A DNA stretch of 63,529 nt, the filler included, from Salisapilia sapeloensis CBS 127946 (Eukaryota; Protista; Oomycota), in the NCBI GenBank assembly GCA_023334545.1. It is 8 parts of 8 records of this genome, joined end to end, with 100 filler letters (N's around TTAATTAATTAA, not from the genome) between each part and the next. Parts side by side here need not be neighbours in the genome. Positions count along the whole stretch, not along the records: positions 33,827 to 43,874 come from JAADVB010000451.1; positions 43,975 to 45,108 come from JAADVB010001295.1; positions 45,209 to 49,577 come from JAADVB010000673.1; positions 49,678 to 56,758 come from JAADVB010000532.1; 4 more parts are not named here. One strand, 5' to 3'. Shown in pieces: positions 37,293-50,167 of this stretch. The notes below the pieces were generated by a model. That model saw only the letters and a list, made by a program, of their open reading frames with translations. It ran no database searches and was not told where the DNA came from. Numbering within the stretch: the first letter of the stretch is position 1; the number at the start of each line of letters is the position of its first letter. A program made the position numbers and the translations under genes.

Positions 37293-38171
37293 TCAGATGT
37301 CGTAGTGAAGGGAGACAATGGCCTTCTGGAAGGCTCTGTCGAGGTCGGTAGACGACCGTAGAATCTTGGAAACAGTGCGCACAGATCGGAATGTCGGCAC
37401 GGGTTTCTTCACATTGTAGTTGCTGAGACCGATCAAAATCGCACGGACGCTGTCAGCACGGTGCGTTCGAACGAGAGGCCCGGTCTTGCTTATGAGTGCA
37501 TTGACTACTTCGGCTCGAGATGGAGAGGCGGAAACATCAGAGTAATCCGCGAGACGCGTCGGCCAGTCTTGCTCCTCGCGAGGCTTCTCTGCAGTCTGGG
37601 ACCCGAGTGGAATGGCTGGCTTCGAGGCGCATGGGGTCACTTCGGAAGCCTGGCCTTCGTCCATCGTCATCGCTTGAGCCTTCATGCTGAAGCGCATACG
37701 CTTGGACGGCCGTGGGATGTCAATCCAGAACGACGTCGGCGGAGTCCGTGGCTTTCTTTCGTCAAGAGCCTTCGTACAAGTTGGCTCACTTTCGGTAGGG
37801 CATGAAGCGTCAGGCTTCTCGCAGATCGGCTCACAGTCGGTAAGACACGAGACGTCAGGCTTCTCGCAGGTCGGCTTACGGTCGGCAAGACACGAAACAT
37901 CAAAGTGGGCCTCGGCCGACACAGAAAGCACGTTGAGTAACTTGGACTTCTTTGATGATCGCTTCGTGCTGAGGACGTGGACAACATCGATCTTATAGTC
38001 GACGTTCAATGTCTGGAGCGACGACGGACTTCTGGTAGTCGAGGCCGACGATAGCAATGAGGCTTGGCGGATTGACTTTAGAACGACAGTCAAGCAGTTG
38101 TATGCGGACCGGTATCCGCGGAGGTAGCAGGTAGCGAGGTGGCGCGCGAGGCGGTAGGCAAGTTGGAACAT
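37293..38171 (-). CDS. Orphan protein with three 15-aa Cys-containing tandem repeats
   Basis: 292-codon ORF with an INR-like GCTCATTCC about 30 nt upstream (38202-38210). The 45-nt repeat at 37764-37901 is in frame. Confidence 0.55.
   Translation of the reverse strand: MFQLAYRLARHLATCYLRGYRSAYNCLTVVLKSIRQASLLSSASTTRSPSSLQTLNVDYKIDVVHVLSTKRSSKKSKLLNVLSVSAEAHFDVSCLADRKPTCEKPDVSCLTDCEPICEKPDASCPTESEPTCTKALDERKPRTPPTSFWIDIPRPSKRMRFSMKAQAMTMDEGQASEVTPCASKPAIPLGSQTAEKPREEQDWPTRLADYSDVSASPSRAEVVNALISKTGPLVRTHRADSVRAILIGLSNYNVKKPVPTFRSVRTVSKILRSSTDLDRAFQKAIVSLHYDI
37764..37901 (-). repeat. 45-bp tandem repeat x3 (DVSCLADRKPTCEKP / DVSCLTDCEPICEKP / DASCPTESEPTCTKA)
   Basis: Read directly from DNA and translation. 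Confidence 0.85.
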
Positions 38172-38744
38172 CGTAGTTGTTGGCTCTTGGGTGTTTTTTC
38201 AGGAATGAGCCGCTGTCTGGGTTCCCCTCCTTCTGTAAGATGGACGCGTCGAGACTAGCAGAGACTTGGCACGAGTCTCTCACATCACCTCCGAAAAAGA
38301 CGCGCCGACGAATGTTCATCTCGACTTCGCAGTACTAATCTCTGGATGCCTCCTGCTATCAATCGTATCTGGTTTGGTCATGTGATGTTGCAAAGGGGCT
38401 TCCTTGATTCATCCTCCATGAGCTACCGATTTGATAGCACTCGGCACCTTCCATAGACCTAAAGTGTTGAGACGACGTATCTTCCGCAAGTGTAGTTTAG
38501 AATAGTTGGACGAAGTGAAAGTAGTGGAGATTTGGGAATTTGCACACAAACACGTCGAAGTGGATTACTCGACATGAATCCAGGCAACTCTAGCGCAGAT
38601 GTAGATGTAGCTGTCTTTGAAGTCGATTCCGTCGCTTCATGATACGAAGATGTACAGGACACTTGGAATTTCTATCACCTCGTCTCGTTCGTGTTCACAT
38701 TATATGGGACAACGGCACAGTAGACCGGAAACATCAAAAAGAGG

Positions 38745-39083
38745 ATGGAGATCCCGGCGCCTCTTCTCTCAGGCTCTGTCGCGTACCTCGTGTTGACGCT
38801 GACGGCTATGGCTTCTGGCGTGGCCCTACGTATGACTGGGAAGCTTGATTCCGAAAACGCAAAGTACAGTCTATCGTGTGTGTTGTATGCTCTCCAGCTA
38901 TTAATTCATGTACTAGAATCTTCATTCTCCTGTCGTTCATCGGCGGCGTCTGCCTCTGGATGTTCTGGTACGCTTTTGTCTTCTGTTCAAGTGTCAATAT
39001 ATTCTAATCTAAAAGGTAGGGCTTGCGCGTGGCTGCATCAGTGGCACATTCTCATCGTTCCAACGTATAACAAGGCGGAATAG
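38745..39083 (+). CDS. VMA9: V-type H+-ATPase subunit e (ATP6V0E/Vma9), 3 exons
   Basis: The spliced product is MEIPAPLLSGSVAYLVLTLTAMASGVALRMTGKLDSENAK-IFILLSFIGGVCLWMFW-ACAWLHQWHILIVPTYNKAE: two TM helices and a WLHQWHxLxxP motif. Confidence 0.85.
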   Translation: MEIPAPLLSGSVAYLVLTLTAMASGVALRMTGKLDSENAKYSLSCVLYALQLLIHVLESSFSCRSSAASASGCSGTLLSSVQVSIYSNLKGRACAWLHQWHILIVPTYNKAE

Positions 39084-39161
39084 CATTCCTTTTTCTATTA
39101 GCTGCAAGAATACAAACAGATTTCTGTTCAACTACGCTTATTTCATTGCTCAAAAGAAAGA

Positions 39162-40947
39162 CTAGAGATTAAAATCAAACGTCTGGTCGACACTCGCATC
39201 TTCGGTCGTACCGAACGCAAACTCACGATTCTCTGCGTCGGCGACTGGAGCTCCCACGAGGTCATCATCGTCTTCTCCGTTGAAGTACAGCTCGATGATG
39301 CGTAATGCCTTTTCGTAAATATCCTCTTCCTGATGGAACTGCAGACCTTGGATACGGTCCACACCTTCCGCCTCCTCCATAAACAACGCCATCTTATTCT
39401 CTCCACCCGACTCGCGCGTGCTCTCTCCTACTCTCAAAATGTTCTCCAACGCGTCGAGGCAAACGTTAATAATCTTCGGGTCATTACAGTCGAGCATCCG
39501 GACCATCGGAGCGATGCATCCTTCTTGCACCAAGAGCTCAATCTGACTCGGGTCGCCACCAGAAGTACCATTGGCAATCGCCCACGCAGCTTCCTTCTGG
39601 ACCTCGAACTCTCCAGTCGTGAGCTGGTGAAGGATGAGCGGGATGATCCCTGCCTCAAGCACTTCCTGCATCTGACTTGGTGACCCGGCAGTGATATTCG
39701 AGATGGCCCAGCAGGCCTCTTTTCTTAAAAGTTTCTTCTCGTGCTTTAAAAGGGGAACGATACGGTAGAGCAGACCCAAGTCCAGCATCGCCTGTGTCTG
39801 GCTTTCGTTGCCAGTGACGATATTGCCAGCAGTGCGCAAAGCAGGCGTCTGGATGGCTGTGAGTGGACTTGTAAGTAGGTCGATCAGTCGCCTGCCGATG
39901 CCAGCATCCAGTACGGTTTGGACGGATTCTTGGGAGCCGTCCGAGAGGTAGGACAGTGTCCAACAGGCGTCTGTCACCACTTCTTCGTCCGTCGAGTGGA
40001 TGAGATGAGGGAGGATATTCAAGGCAGGAGACACTAAGCTAAGATCTGGCTTTGGTTTCCCTCTACACAAGTTGGAAAGTGTCCAAGTGGCATTGCGTAG
40101 GAGACTCATTTTGTTTTGACTTCGACGGAGGACTGCTAGCAAAGGCATCATGACACCAGCGTTCAGCACGTGGTCCCGGAATTGTGGAGAGTCACCGGAA
40201 ATGTTGCCTAGCGCCCACACAGCCTGTTCGCTAACATCGTCATTGGACGACAGCAGCAACTCGCAGAGAACTGGAACGGCTCCGGAATGGACTACAGCCT
40301 CTGTGTGAGACGAGGTACCAGAGGCAATATTCGTAAGTGCCCACGCAGCCTCAAATTGAAGTTCTGGTCGTTCATGACGACGGAGGAAGGTCACGAGTAA
40401 CGGGACGACACCGAGGTTAACGACCTCCTGGATCGGGGGATTGTGCTCTGGTTCGTTTGTTATTCAGTGTGGTCTGACGGGTAGAGTCATGGTATATACC
40501 GAGTGATAGGAGACGTCGGAGTCTGGAAGTGGCAATCGTCTGCTCCTCCGGGTCGAGCGATTGGACCATGGCGGCAATCTTGGGCAAATCACTCACCTAC
40601 GAGAGCGGTAAATCACCGGGATGATATATTATTGTTGTCAATCATACGCTAACACCAGCGGCATGTACGCCTCGTTGACTCTCATCTGTGGGCGAGTCAT
40701 TCTACACGCTTCTTGTTAGCAGGAGTGGTACAGTAAAATTCTAGCATCGACACAGTACGGCAGTGAGGTCCATGCGTCGACGTTGATTCAGTCGATCTTC
40801 TTTCCGAGTTTTACGGATCTGGACGGTCGTGTCCTCTCTACGACGGCGTGTGGCATCCGAGTCGATTCCTTTTTTAAAGCTACGCTGCCGCTCATTTTTC
40901 CGGAGCGCCATCATATTCACTGGGGATTTTCCAGCAGTGTCCGCCAT
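39162..40947 (-). CDS. KPNA: Importin subunit alpha (IBB + ARM repeats), 4 exons
   Basis: IBB domain ([25 protein letters not shown]); ARM motifs [54 protein letters not shown]. Confidence 0.96.
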
Positions 40948-43104
40948 TTGTACGAAAAGCTCGGTTCAACTGAATCACTTGTCTTTTGTATTGCTCGAAC
41001 GTCGAAAATCGAATCGATGCCACCAATTTCGTTGGACGGCAAAACAACTTGGACAGAGTATTTAAAGGGCAGCTCAGATTTATACGAACAAAATAACAGA
41101 GCGCAGTTGAAGCGAACGCTGAGTTACCACAGATTACATCTTGAGTGCAATACACGCCCTGTTTCTCTATCCGGAGCTAAGAGTTTGGTGTCTTTCATAG
41201 GAGTAACTAAAACATAAAAATGATGCAGAGGAGTTGAGTTAGAGTTTATGCGCATAACGGAGTCGGCCGACTGCGCTAGATTGCTTAAGACTTCGCGATT
41301 GGGAGGAAGCCTGCCAAATCCAAATCCAATTTTAATTTGTCGATCCATTTACAAACTATCTAAGGGACCGGATGTACACCTCTGCTCATTTTCGCTTGCT
41401 CTTATGATTAGAGACGCAATTTGAGCACATACCCACCTTTCGTATAAAATTTTATACTTCCTTCTCTTCTAGGGAAGTACTCGCGCTGGTACACTCTTCC
41501 TTTATAAACCGAGCATGCAGGATCATTTTGTAATTGTTGCTCTTGATTTGTTTTAATTGCTCACCTCGATATGCATCACTTTTATCCTTTATCATCCGAG
41601 CATGCTTACCTTCAAGTACGTACGTGTGAGACATAGTTTCTTCTTTTGCTATTCCTTCCAAATGCCTACTCTATAGGTCATAAAAAGTTTGAGTCGATTA
41701 AGGCTCCGTAGGCGGAAGTCTAGAAATGGGATCCGAGGATCAAACCTAGCAGTAAATCTTCCTTTGCTTTTAATTTTGCATTGATGTATAGTGATGAGCT
41801 GAGTCTACCAGTAAAACAAATCATATAACTTTTTTAGGAAGTGAGGTACAGTGATGTCAAGTTAACTATGATGTCTAATGTCCGTCCCGAGCATGCGAAT
41901 AGTCGCATGCTCGCCTACCGACCTAGCCGTGCTAACTCATGTAACGACCGCTTGTGATTAATTGATGGTCCTCGCTATTCGTCAATAATAACTGAAGGAA
42001 GTGGAGGTACAGGCAAAAATCTGCCGTTTACTTGGAAAGATGGGGAGACGATTAGAGAGTTTTGTGAATATCAGTAGGGCGAAAATGGAAAGATTTAACT
42101 ACATGAAGGTACTGTAAATGCATGCTGAAGTAGCAACTAAGCTCACACATCATCCCTCCTAGTTCCAAATTGAGGAGATATCATGTGGAAATGATTACAA
42201 GGCAAATTGCGTAAGGAATCAATGCCCCAATATGAAGTAAAAGCGGAGTCAAGCCGTCTATTACATAAAATACCTTGTGCTGTGAAGCCTGTGATCCAGA
42301 AACCCATTCATTTTCGCAATGTTAATGCTGCAATTAGATCACTGTCTCAACTGCTAATGAAGACAGCAGAACAAATACGACCATGAGCTTGTACTAGATT
42401 AAAAGACCCCATGGTGTGATAAGGTTTTATCTTGTATATGTGCATTTCCGAGTAGTGGCGCATAGATCTTATACGAGAACACTAGGTATTATCCAAAGTA
42501 CTTGCAAGTGCGAGCGGAAATGTATCCGGAATCCCGACCAAACCTTTACTCGTCAAGATTTTAGTAGTCGAAGAACACGCCACGCGCAGTGAAGCCCATT
42601 TTCAGCAAATATGAATGGAAACTTTGTTTTTTATTCTGCAGGCCTTTTCAAAAATAAATCACACACTTATGCAATAAAGCCTAGTTGAGTCAGGTGCCCG
42701 TAGTGCTCATGACGTGATACTCCTATATACGAGAGCTTCACTAAGAGGTAGATACTCCCACAGCCTTTCGACTTGTTAAATGCAGTTGAATGCAACAGTC
42801 AACAACCGTCTGGTAGAGTACAGAACGCTGTAGTTTGATTTAACCGTGTTGGGATCTTGGAAAGCAGAACGTGTGTCTTGACCGATACGAAATGACCAAA
42901 GCACGATGACAGCATCGCAAACCGAGCGAGTGTCCACAAAAGGACGGAGAAGTGATAGATGGGCCGTCCACAAAAGAATGTCCATTGTACTTTTTCAAAT
43001 TGTTGCTCTATACAAATTTCAAGTAAGTCGACTTGAACCACCAAACAACACCACTAAGTCATTCTAAGTTTTGCGCCACGGCTTTAGCTACGTTTTACAC
43101 AAAA

Positions 43105-43874
43105 ATGAGTGACGGATCCAACGACACCGCTTCTAGCGCGCCATCGTCCTCCCCCGCACCGATGGCGCCGCAGACATCGCAGGCTCCACAGATTTCTACG
43201 TCGACAGTGCGTCGCTTGGGTCCTGAGCCAAAGCGACAGCGTATTATGTGGGACAATGACAGCGCCCATGCAGACGGAAAGACTTCTATTCGCGTTTTAC
43301 TAGACTGGATTACATCGCCGCCGAACTTCGACCGGTGGCTTGAAGCGAAAGCACGTGGTGGAGGAGAAACACGAGAGCAACTGTGTACTGAAGTTCGAGA
43401 GGCGATGGAGAAAGAAGGCATTAGCCATCGTGAGAATGCGAACATCCGTACTCAGATTAATGAACTTGAGCGCTCATATGCTTCTGCTATTGCTTGGTTG
43501 GAAGCGAATGGATACGATGGGCAATTGCCAAAACCGTTGCCGAACGACGATCGTGCGCGAGCTGCTGCGGTTATTGGTGTAGAGCGTCACGTACTCAAGC
43601 TGTGTCGCTATTTTCATGAACTCGATAGTGTCATGAGTGGCAAACCAACGCTTTTAGTTCCTGGTCGCGCTGCTTCTCCCAGCAAGGTCGTGGATGAGAA
43701 GGTGGAACCAGACTATGCGTCTGAAGTCTCTCATGAAGATCCGAGACAGCCATCTCGAGTGTCCGATTTAGAACGTGAGTCGACAGAGACAAGATCGATG
43801 CCGCTGAGTGGAACGAGACAGGAGTATTCGCCTGAGCGACGGCCAGTGTACGCTGCGTCGAACGGCTCTCGGTC
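43105..43874 (+). CDS. Myb/SANT-like (trihelix-type) putative DNA-binding protein of an expanded oomycete family; 3' end truncated by the spacer
   Basis: WDND..SIRVLLDWIT..NFDRW..IRTQINELERSYASA..LCRYFHELDSVM pattern; INR-like AGTCATTC upstream. Confidence 0.65.
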
Positions 43875-43974
43875 NNNNNNNNNNNNNNNNNNNNNNNNNN
43901 NNNNNNNNNNNNNNNNNNTTAATTAATTAANNNNNNNNNNNNNNNNNNNNNNNNNNNNNNNNNNNNNNNNNNNN
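43875..43974. other. Artificial contig spacer
   Basis: N run with TTAATTAATTAA. Confidence 0.99.
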
Positions 43975-45108
43975 ATACATGGATCTTCTGTCGATTTTTG
44001 TACCATAGTTCAACAAGTCAATTCTATAAATTATTCTGTTGAAGCGTGTGCTCGAATTTTTCAACGAAAGCACTATCCCGTTGACCGTCCTTGCTCACAC
44101 CAGTCTTCGTAGCATTTATTACTACTACTATGATCAATTATAATTAAGTTTGTGGTATATTGTGTTATGCCTACTTACAAGCAACGAACTCTAATATCCA
44201 ACACATGAAGAAGGTGTACCGACGACAAGAGACAAGCAGTGGTGATAGAAAGTGAGAACGCTATCTAGGTCGGCTATCTCTGTTCTAGGAGAACCGTCCA
44301 AACAATTTTAAGCAGGTAGAGGTAACTTTTCGAAGATCAGGAGATAGACTGTACTGGGTTTGTAAGTGATAGGAATATATCTGCAGATATAGTAGTCTCT
44401 AATCAATAATTTGAACTGCTTGTTGAGGTGTCCATGTCGACTCGTCCATGTATGTGGATATACGCCAATGTCAGATGGTCATGAGACCCGCAAAGACTTG
44501 CAACCTCCAAACATATTAAAGTACTCCCTCGAGTTCATGCAAAGCCATCGCTTTGATATCGTTTGCAATTTTATCAAGACCGACTGTGCTGGATCGATCC
44601 TCAAAGGGCGCGATCATGAAAAGTCACGATCTGCCAACTTCAAGATTCTCCGCCAACGGACACTTCAACTTCAAGGGTACACTTTCTATTTTCACTTACC
44701 TTTTCTATTCAAAGCAACTTCGCATACGGAGCAGTGCTGAGCATGCCGTTAAGCACGCTAGCAACACTTCAGTCAAATTTTTCTAGTGAATAGCCCTCAA
44801 CGTAGGCATGAGAGTAGATAGCAAACTTGACTTGGCAATTTGCCTTCAACTCAGCAAGCAACTTTCCTTTCATTTCATTTCAAGCATCTTTGCAGAGCAG
44901 CACACCGACAGGAGGATTATCTTGTAAGCGTTGGAATTGAAAAGAGAAAGCAGAAGAGCAAAACTGTAACGGGAAGTTACATGAATGTATCCCAAGCTGG
45001 GGTAACATTCCGGATCTTGAAGTGGGTCCTTGTATTAGAGCATGTGATGCAAATACAAAGGTACAAGGAACACGAATGGTCGTTAGGCCTTTCCATACTA
45101 AGATGAAG

Positions 45109-45208
45109 NNNNNNNNNNNNNNNNNNNNNNNNNNNNNNNNNNNNNNNNNNNNTTAATTAATTAANNNNNNNNNNNNNNNNNNNNNNNNNNNNNNNNNNNN
45201 NNNNNNNN
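45109..45208. other. Artificial contig spacer
   Basis: N run with TTAATTAATTAA. Confidence 0.99.
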
Positions 45209-45349
45209 CTTATCCATGACTGCGCTCTGGAACGATGGAAAGAATGAACTCAGATGATGCAATTGAATTGGACACATGCGCCGTAGTTACTGAGCACGAC
45301 CGATGTTGGAATCAAATTGCGGTCGTGATCGGAGGGGGATGCGTACGCA
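45209..45349 (+). repeat. Left arm of a perfect 141-bp inverted repeat at the termini of contig 45209-49577
   Basis: Exact reverse complement of 49437-49577. Confidence 0.95.
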
Positions 45350-45527
45350 CAGCTATCTATTAACGATGTAAATACTGCAAGTCCAGTGCTATTACTATCA
45401 AGTCATGCAATGCAACCGCACATAAGTTGAACTTTCGAGATGTACACCTTGCTACGCGCCGTAAGAAGCTCGGCTCGTACACCACACTTCTCGATCTTCA
45501 TTCGCTTACAACCTGTCTCTCGTCAAC

Positions 45528-45845
45528 ATGAAAGTCATACCCATAATCCTTTTCATCTTGTACAGTATTGTGGTACCCACCATGGCTGACTATTTGCGTG
45601 GAAATGTGGTTCAAAGTGCTTTGACCGCTTTTGACGATCAGCACCAACCATCAGCCTCCAGAGGTGTTCACACGGAGGGGAAAGAAACGCTAGGCTACAT
45701 ACCTCAGCCCATGATAGTCTTCTCGATGTTCAAATCGCTTTTTGGATTGAATGACAGCTCCGATGACACCAGCAATAAGAAAAGAGAGGCTGGGACGGGA
45801 TGCCGAAAAACCAAAAATGGGAAGGAAGCGGCGCTGTGCAATTAA
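45528..45845 (+). CDS. Small secreted protein (105 aa) with a YLRG motif right after the signal peptide
   Basis: MKVIPIILFILYSIVVPTMA is signal-peptide-like; an INR-like TTCATTC lies about 30 nt upstream. Confidence 0.6.
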   Translation: MKVIPIILFILYSIVVPTMADYLRGNVVQSALTAFDDQHQPSASRGVHTEGKETLGYIPQPMIVFSMFKSLFGLNDSSDDTSNKKREAGTGCRKTKNGKEAALCN

Positions 45846-46087
45846 GTCAGGCATTGCATTCACAGTCTACCTCGAAATGTGACGAATTCAATACATGTAT
45901 CTTAGCGTAAATGACCCTTGCAAGTAAATCAAACACCACGATTAAGCTCCTATGGCACATCGAGTATGAAGAGAAAGTCTAAGTAGTATTCATTCAGCAT
46001 CGACTTTGAAAATAGATCTACATTCCCGGCATTGGAGGCTGGTCCGCCTTGATGCAAAATAGTTTTCTCGCATCCGGTGTGCCCGTC

Positions 46088-47155
46088 CTACATAAAGCCA
46101 GATCCCTTGATGTTCTGCTTCAAAATAATGTCTTTGCATGCGTTGAACACGACTTGGACGTTCTGTGAATCCGTGGCGCATGTCACGTGGTGGTAGATTT
46201 CCTTGTCTGGCACGCGGTTCATCTCGAGGAACTTACCGAGGAAGTACTGGACACCCAACTCAAAGTCACCGATGCCGCCTGGGAAGTCGTTGAAGACGTC
46301 CACGGTCTTTGGATCCACCTTGTTGATCTTGTCCGCGAACAAGTCTTTCTTGTTCAAGAACAGAATCATGGCCGAGTTGACAAAGAACTTGTTATTGACA
46401 ATCTCTTCGAACAGCGTAATGGCTTCGATCATACGGTTCGTCGATGCATCTTCATACAGAGATTGGTCGTACTCACTCAACGCTGCAACGAAGATCACGG
46501 CCGTCACGTCTTCGAAGCAGTGAATCCATTTCTTTCGCTCGTTTCGCTGGCCACCAACGTCGTACATGACAAAGGTGGCGCCGTCGATTGAGTAGCGCTC
46601 TTCGACAATACCAGACGTTCGGACACGGGCGTAGAGCATATCTTGCTGCGTCGCTGCGTAGTCATCCGCCATAATACGGTCGATGTCTTCAAAGTAGTAC
46701 TTGACCGACTCGATGATCTGATACTCTGCTCGGCGGTTCCACGTCGCGACGATGCCAGGGTCGTTCCACAAGTTCTTGATCTTCTGACCGATGGCAGGAT
46801 TGATTTCTGCCTCGTCACTGATAGACTTGATGTCGTCAAAGTCCTGGCCACACTGGACTTCGCCCTTGAGTTTCAGCTCGATGCACTGCTCCATGAGGAT
46901 TTTAATCGAAGTAACCACGTTATTGTACACGATGGGTGTGCAGTGCCGCTTCTCTTCTTCCGTCAACGGAGCTCCATACAGGATCTTCATCTGTTTGAAA
47001 ACAGTGCTTTTGCCGGACTCTCCGGCACCTAGTAGAAGCAGCTTGACTTTTTCCTGCTCCGCCCGGTTAGCCTCTTCATTCTTCGCATCTAGCTCACGAG
47101 ACTTGGCGTAAGCTACCCTCTCTTCTTCGGTCATTTTAGAGCCACAGACGCCCAT
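46088..47155 (-). CDS. GPA1: Heterotrimeric G-protein alpha subunit
   Basis: MGVCGS acylation N-terminus; LLLGAGESGKST, RVRTSG, DVGGQRNERKKW, FLNKKD and TCAT G-boxes. Confidence 0.97.
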   Translation of the reverse strand: MGVCGSKMTEEERVAYAKSRELDAKNEEANRAEQEKVKLLLLGAGESGKSTVFKQMKILYGAPLTEEEKRHCTPIVYNNVVTSIKILMEQCIELKLKGEVQCGQDFDDIKSISDEAEINPAIGQKIKNLWNDPGIVATWNRRAEYQIIESVKYYFEDIDRIMADDYAATQQDMLYARVRTSGIVEERYSIDGATFVMYDVGGQRNERKKWIHCFEDVTAVIFVAALSEYDQSLYEDASTNRMIEAITLFEEIVNNKFFVNSAMILFLNKKDLFADKINKVDPKTVDVFNDFPGGIGDFELGVQYFLGKFLEMNRVPDKEIYHHVTCATDSQNVQVVFNACKDIILKQNIKGSGFM

Positions 47156-47820
47156 GGTATGCTAGTGGTAACCTAAGTAGTGCAAGGTAGAGCCGTCGGT
47201 TTTCGCGATGGCGACTTTTGTGCAATTTGTCGGCGGAAGTTGTAGAATGAAACCTCGTTGGTTTCTCCTTGCTACTTTTGGCTCAGACCTCTAGGCAATA
47301 GAGGAAGGGTCGGATTCACGACTCAAGCTCTGGTGATGTGAAGCATAACGATCATATACACGGCTATTTATAGACAGCTCTGTTTTAGAGACGTGGACGC
47401 AGTTTCCTGTGCTGAAAATAGCAGTCCAATAATAGAGGACGTGGGGCTTCAGACTGAAGACGACACTACTTGCAGTGGAACGGCTGTGGCTCAAGATTTT
47501 TCTTTCACTAGCAAGCGATATAACATACCTTGAACATTCTATAATTTTGACGAGCATGCTTTCTTCACCAAGTCTGTAAGCGGAGAGAGACGTGAATCAA
47601 GGTACGCGTATCCAGTACAAACAGCTCATGACAACTAGATCGCAGAGAATGTATGAACGTAAACAGAAAACCAAAGGAATAGAAATGAGAATGCAAATGT
47701 AAATAGGACGTTGATTGATCTCTACTTAAAAGCAACGGAAACACCATCACGATGTGGTGGTGCATCAACGCAAGGGAGCGGCGATGCCGACTCTTTTACA
47801 GACTAGCCATAGGTAGCAGC

Positions 47821-48866
<1,046 letters not shown>

Positions 48867-49436
48867 GCTACTACGAACTCATTGTCGAGTTAGCTATCGT
48901 TGCTTTAAATATACGACTTGTTTTCATATTTCATGGTGGTTTTAAATGGTTCTCTTTGCTTGGTGATGAGGATGTTGTGTTTTGTGTTCATGCATACATT
49001 TTGACGGGGTCACCACTTGCTGATCTGAGTCCTGTCTTCATCTCGTGCTGGTGTAGAAAAGAAAAATAGGTCGACGGTGTTTGTCGAAGACTTTAAAAGG
49101 AATAAACAAGCTTGTTTCACTTTACGCTGCAAGCAGTTAACTTACCATGGTCAATCAAAACGTCAAGATGTTATACGTTTTGGTCACTACAAACAGCACG
49201 ATTCGGATTCACACTGAAGTTCTTTTACTCTTGCTCATCTGTGAGGTATTTTACCATAACCGACATGAGATAAAGAACACAGTTCTAGTCTTTCACCAAT
49301 GCAGTACGGCAAATTCGAAAAATGTCACATTCCACACTTCTCTCTCAACCAGTGCAACCTGACAATATAACTCTGGCTACGAAATTAAGCTCCTCATATG
49401 CTTGTACGATAATTGAACGGACTAGGATTATTACGA

Positions 49437-49577
49437 TGCGTACGCATCCCCCTCCGATCACGACCGCAATTTGATTCCAACATCGGTCGTGCTCAGTAAC
49501 TACGGCGCATGTGTCCAATTCAATTGCATCATCTGAGTTCATTCTTTCCATCGTTCCAGAGCGCAGTCATGGATAAG
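49437..49577 (-). repeat. Right arm of the 141-bp inverted repeat (contig end)
   Basis: Exact reverse complement of 45209-45349. Confidence 0.95.
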
Positions 49578-49677
49578 NNNNNNNNNNNNNNNNNNNNNNN
49601 NNNNNNNNNNNNNNNNNNNNNTTAATTAATTAANNNNNNNNNNNNNNNNNNNNNNNNNNNNNNNNNNNNNNNNNNNN
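49578..49677. other. Artificial contig spacer
   Basis: N run with TTAATTAATTAA. Confidence 0.99.
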
Positions 49678-50167
49678 GGAGAATGGGCAGTTTGTTCAAG
49701 GCTCGAAAGAGAGGATGTGACATTAGACTGGAAAGGTAGCTGAAGGGTCCGAGAGGACTACGATGGATAAATGTAGATAGAGAAGAGAAGATTGGAAATA
49801 ATCAAGAAATATATTGCCGAACACGAAAAGTCTTTAGACGGCAGTCATGCTCCTTTTCCATCCATTATCCTTGAAAACATGCCAAGAAACTAAAAATGAT
49901 TTTGTTCTACCGTTCAGAAAACTGCTCCGCGAAGTCCTCTTTGTATTCTATTTCTCGGCAAATTATTTTTGGCACTCTAAAATTTATATTTTAGAGGTCT
50001 GGCGATTCAAGTCTAGAGATTCAATGAACTGCCATAGGAAAGTTTGAGTAGAACCAACAATAACTTGAGCGAAATAGAGATATATGATATGAATACAAGA
50101 GATAGTAACACACAACAGGGCACGTGAGTTCAAACGAAAAAAACAGACATCTTGTTTGTAAGCACCG

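Noticed and set aside
41350-43000. AT-rich interval with short ORFs and a CEAC-containing fragment suggestive of a transposase tail
   Set aside because: Too degraded to support any call.
43975-45108. 1.1-kb contig with short ORFs
   Set aside because: No recognisable coding, RNA or repeat feature.
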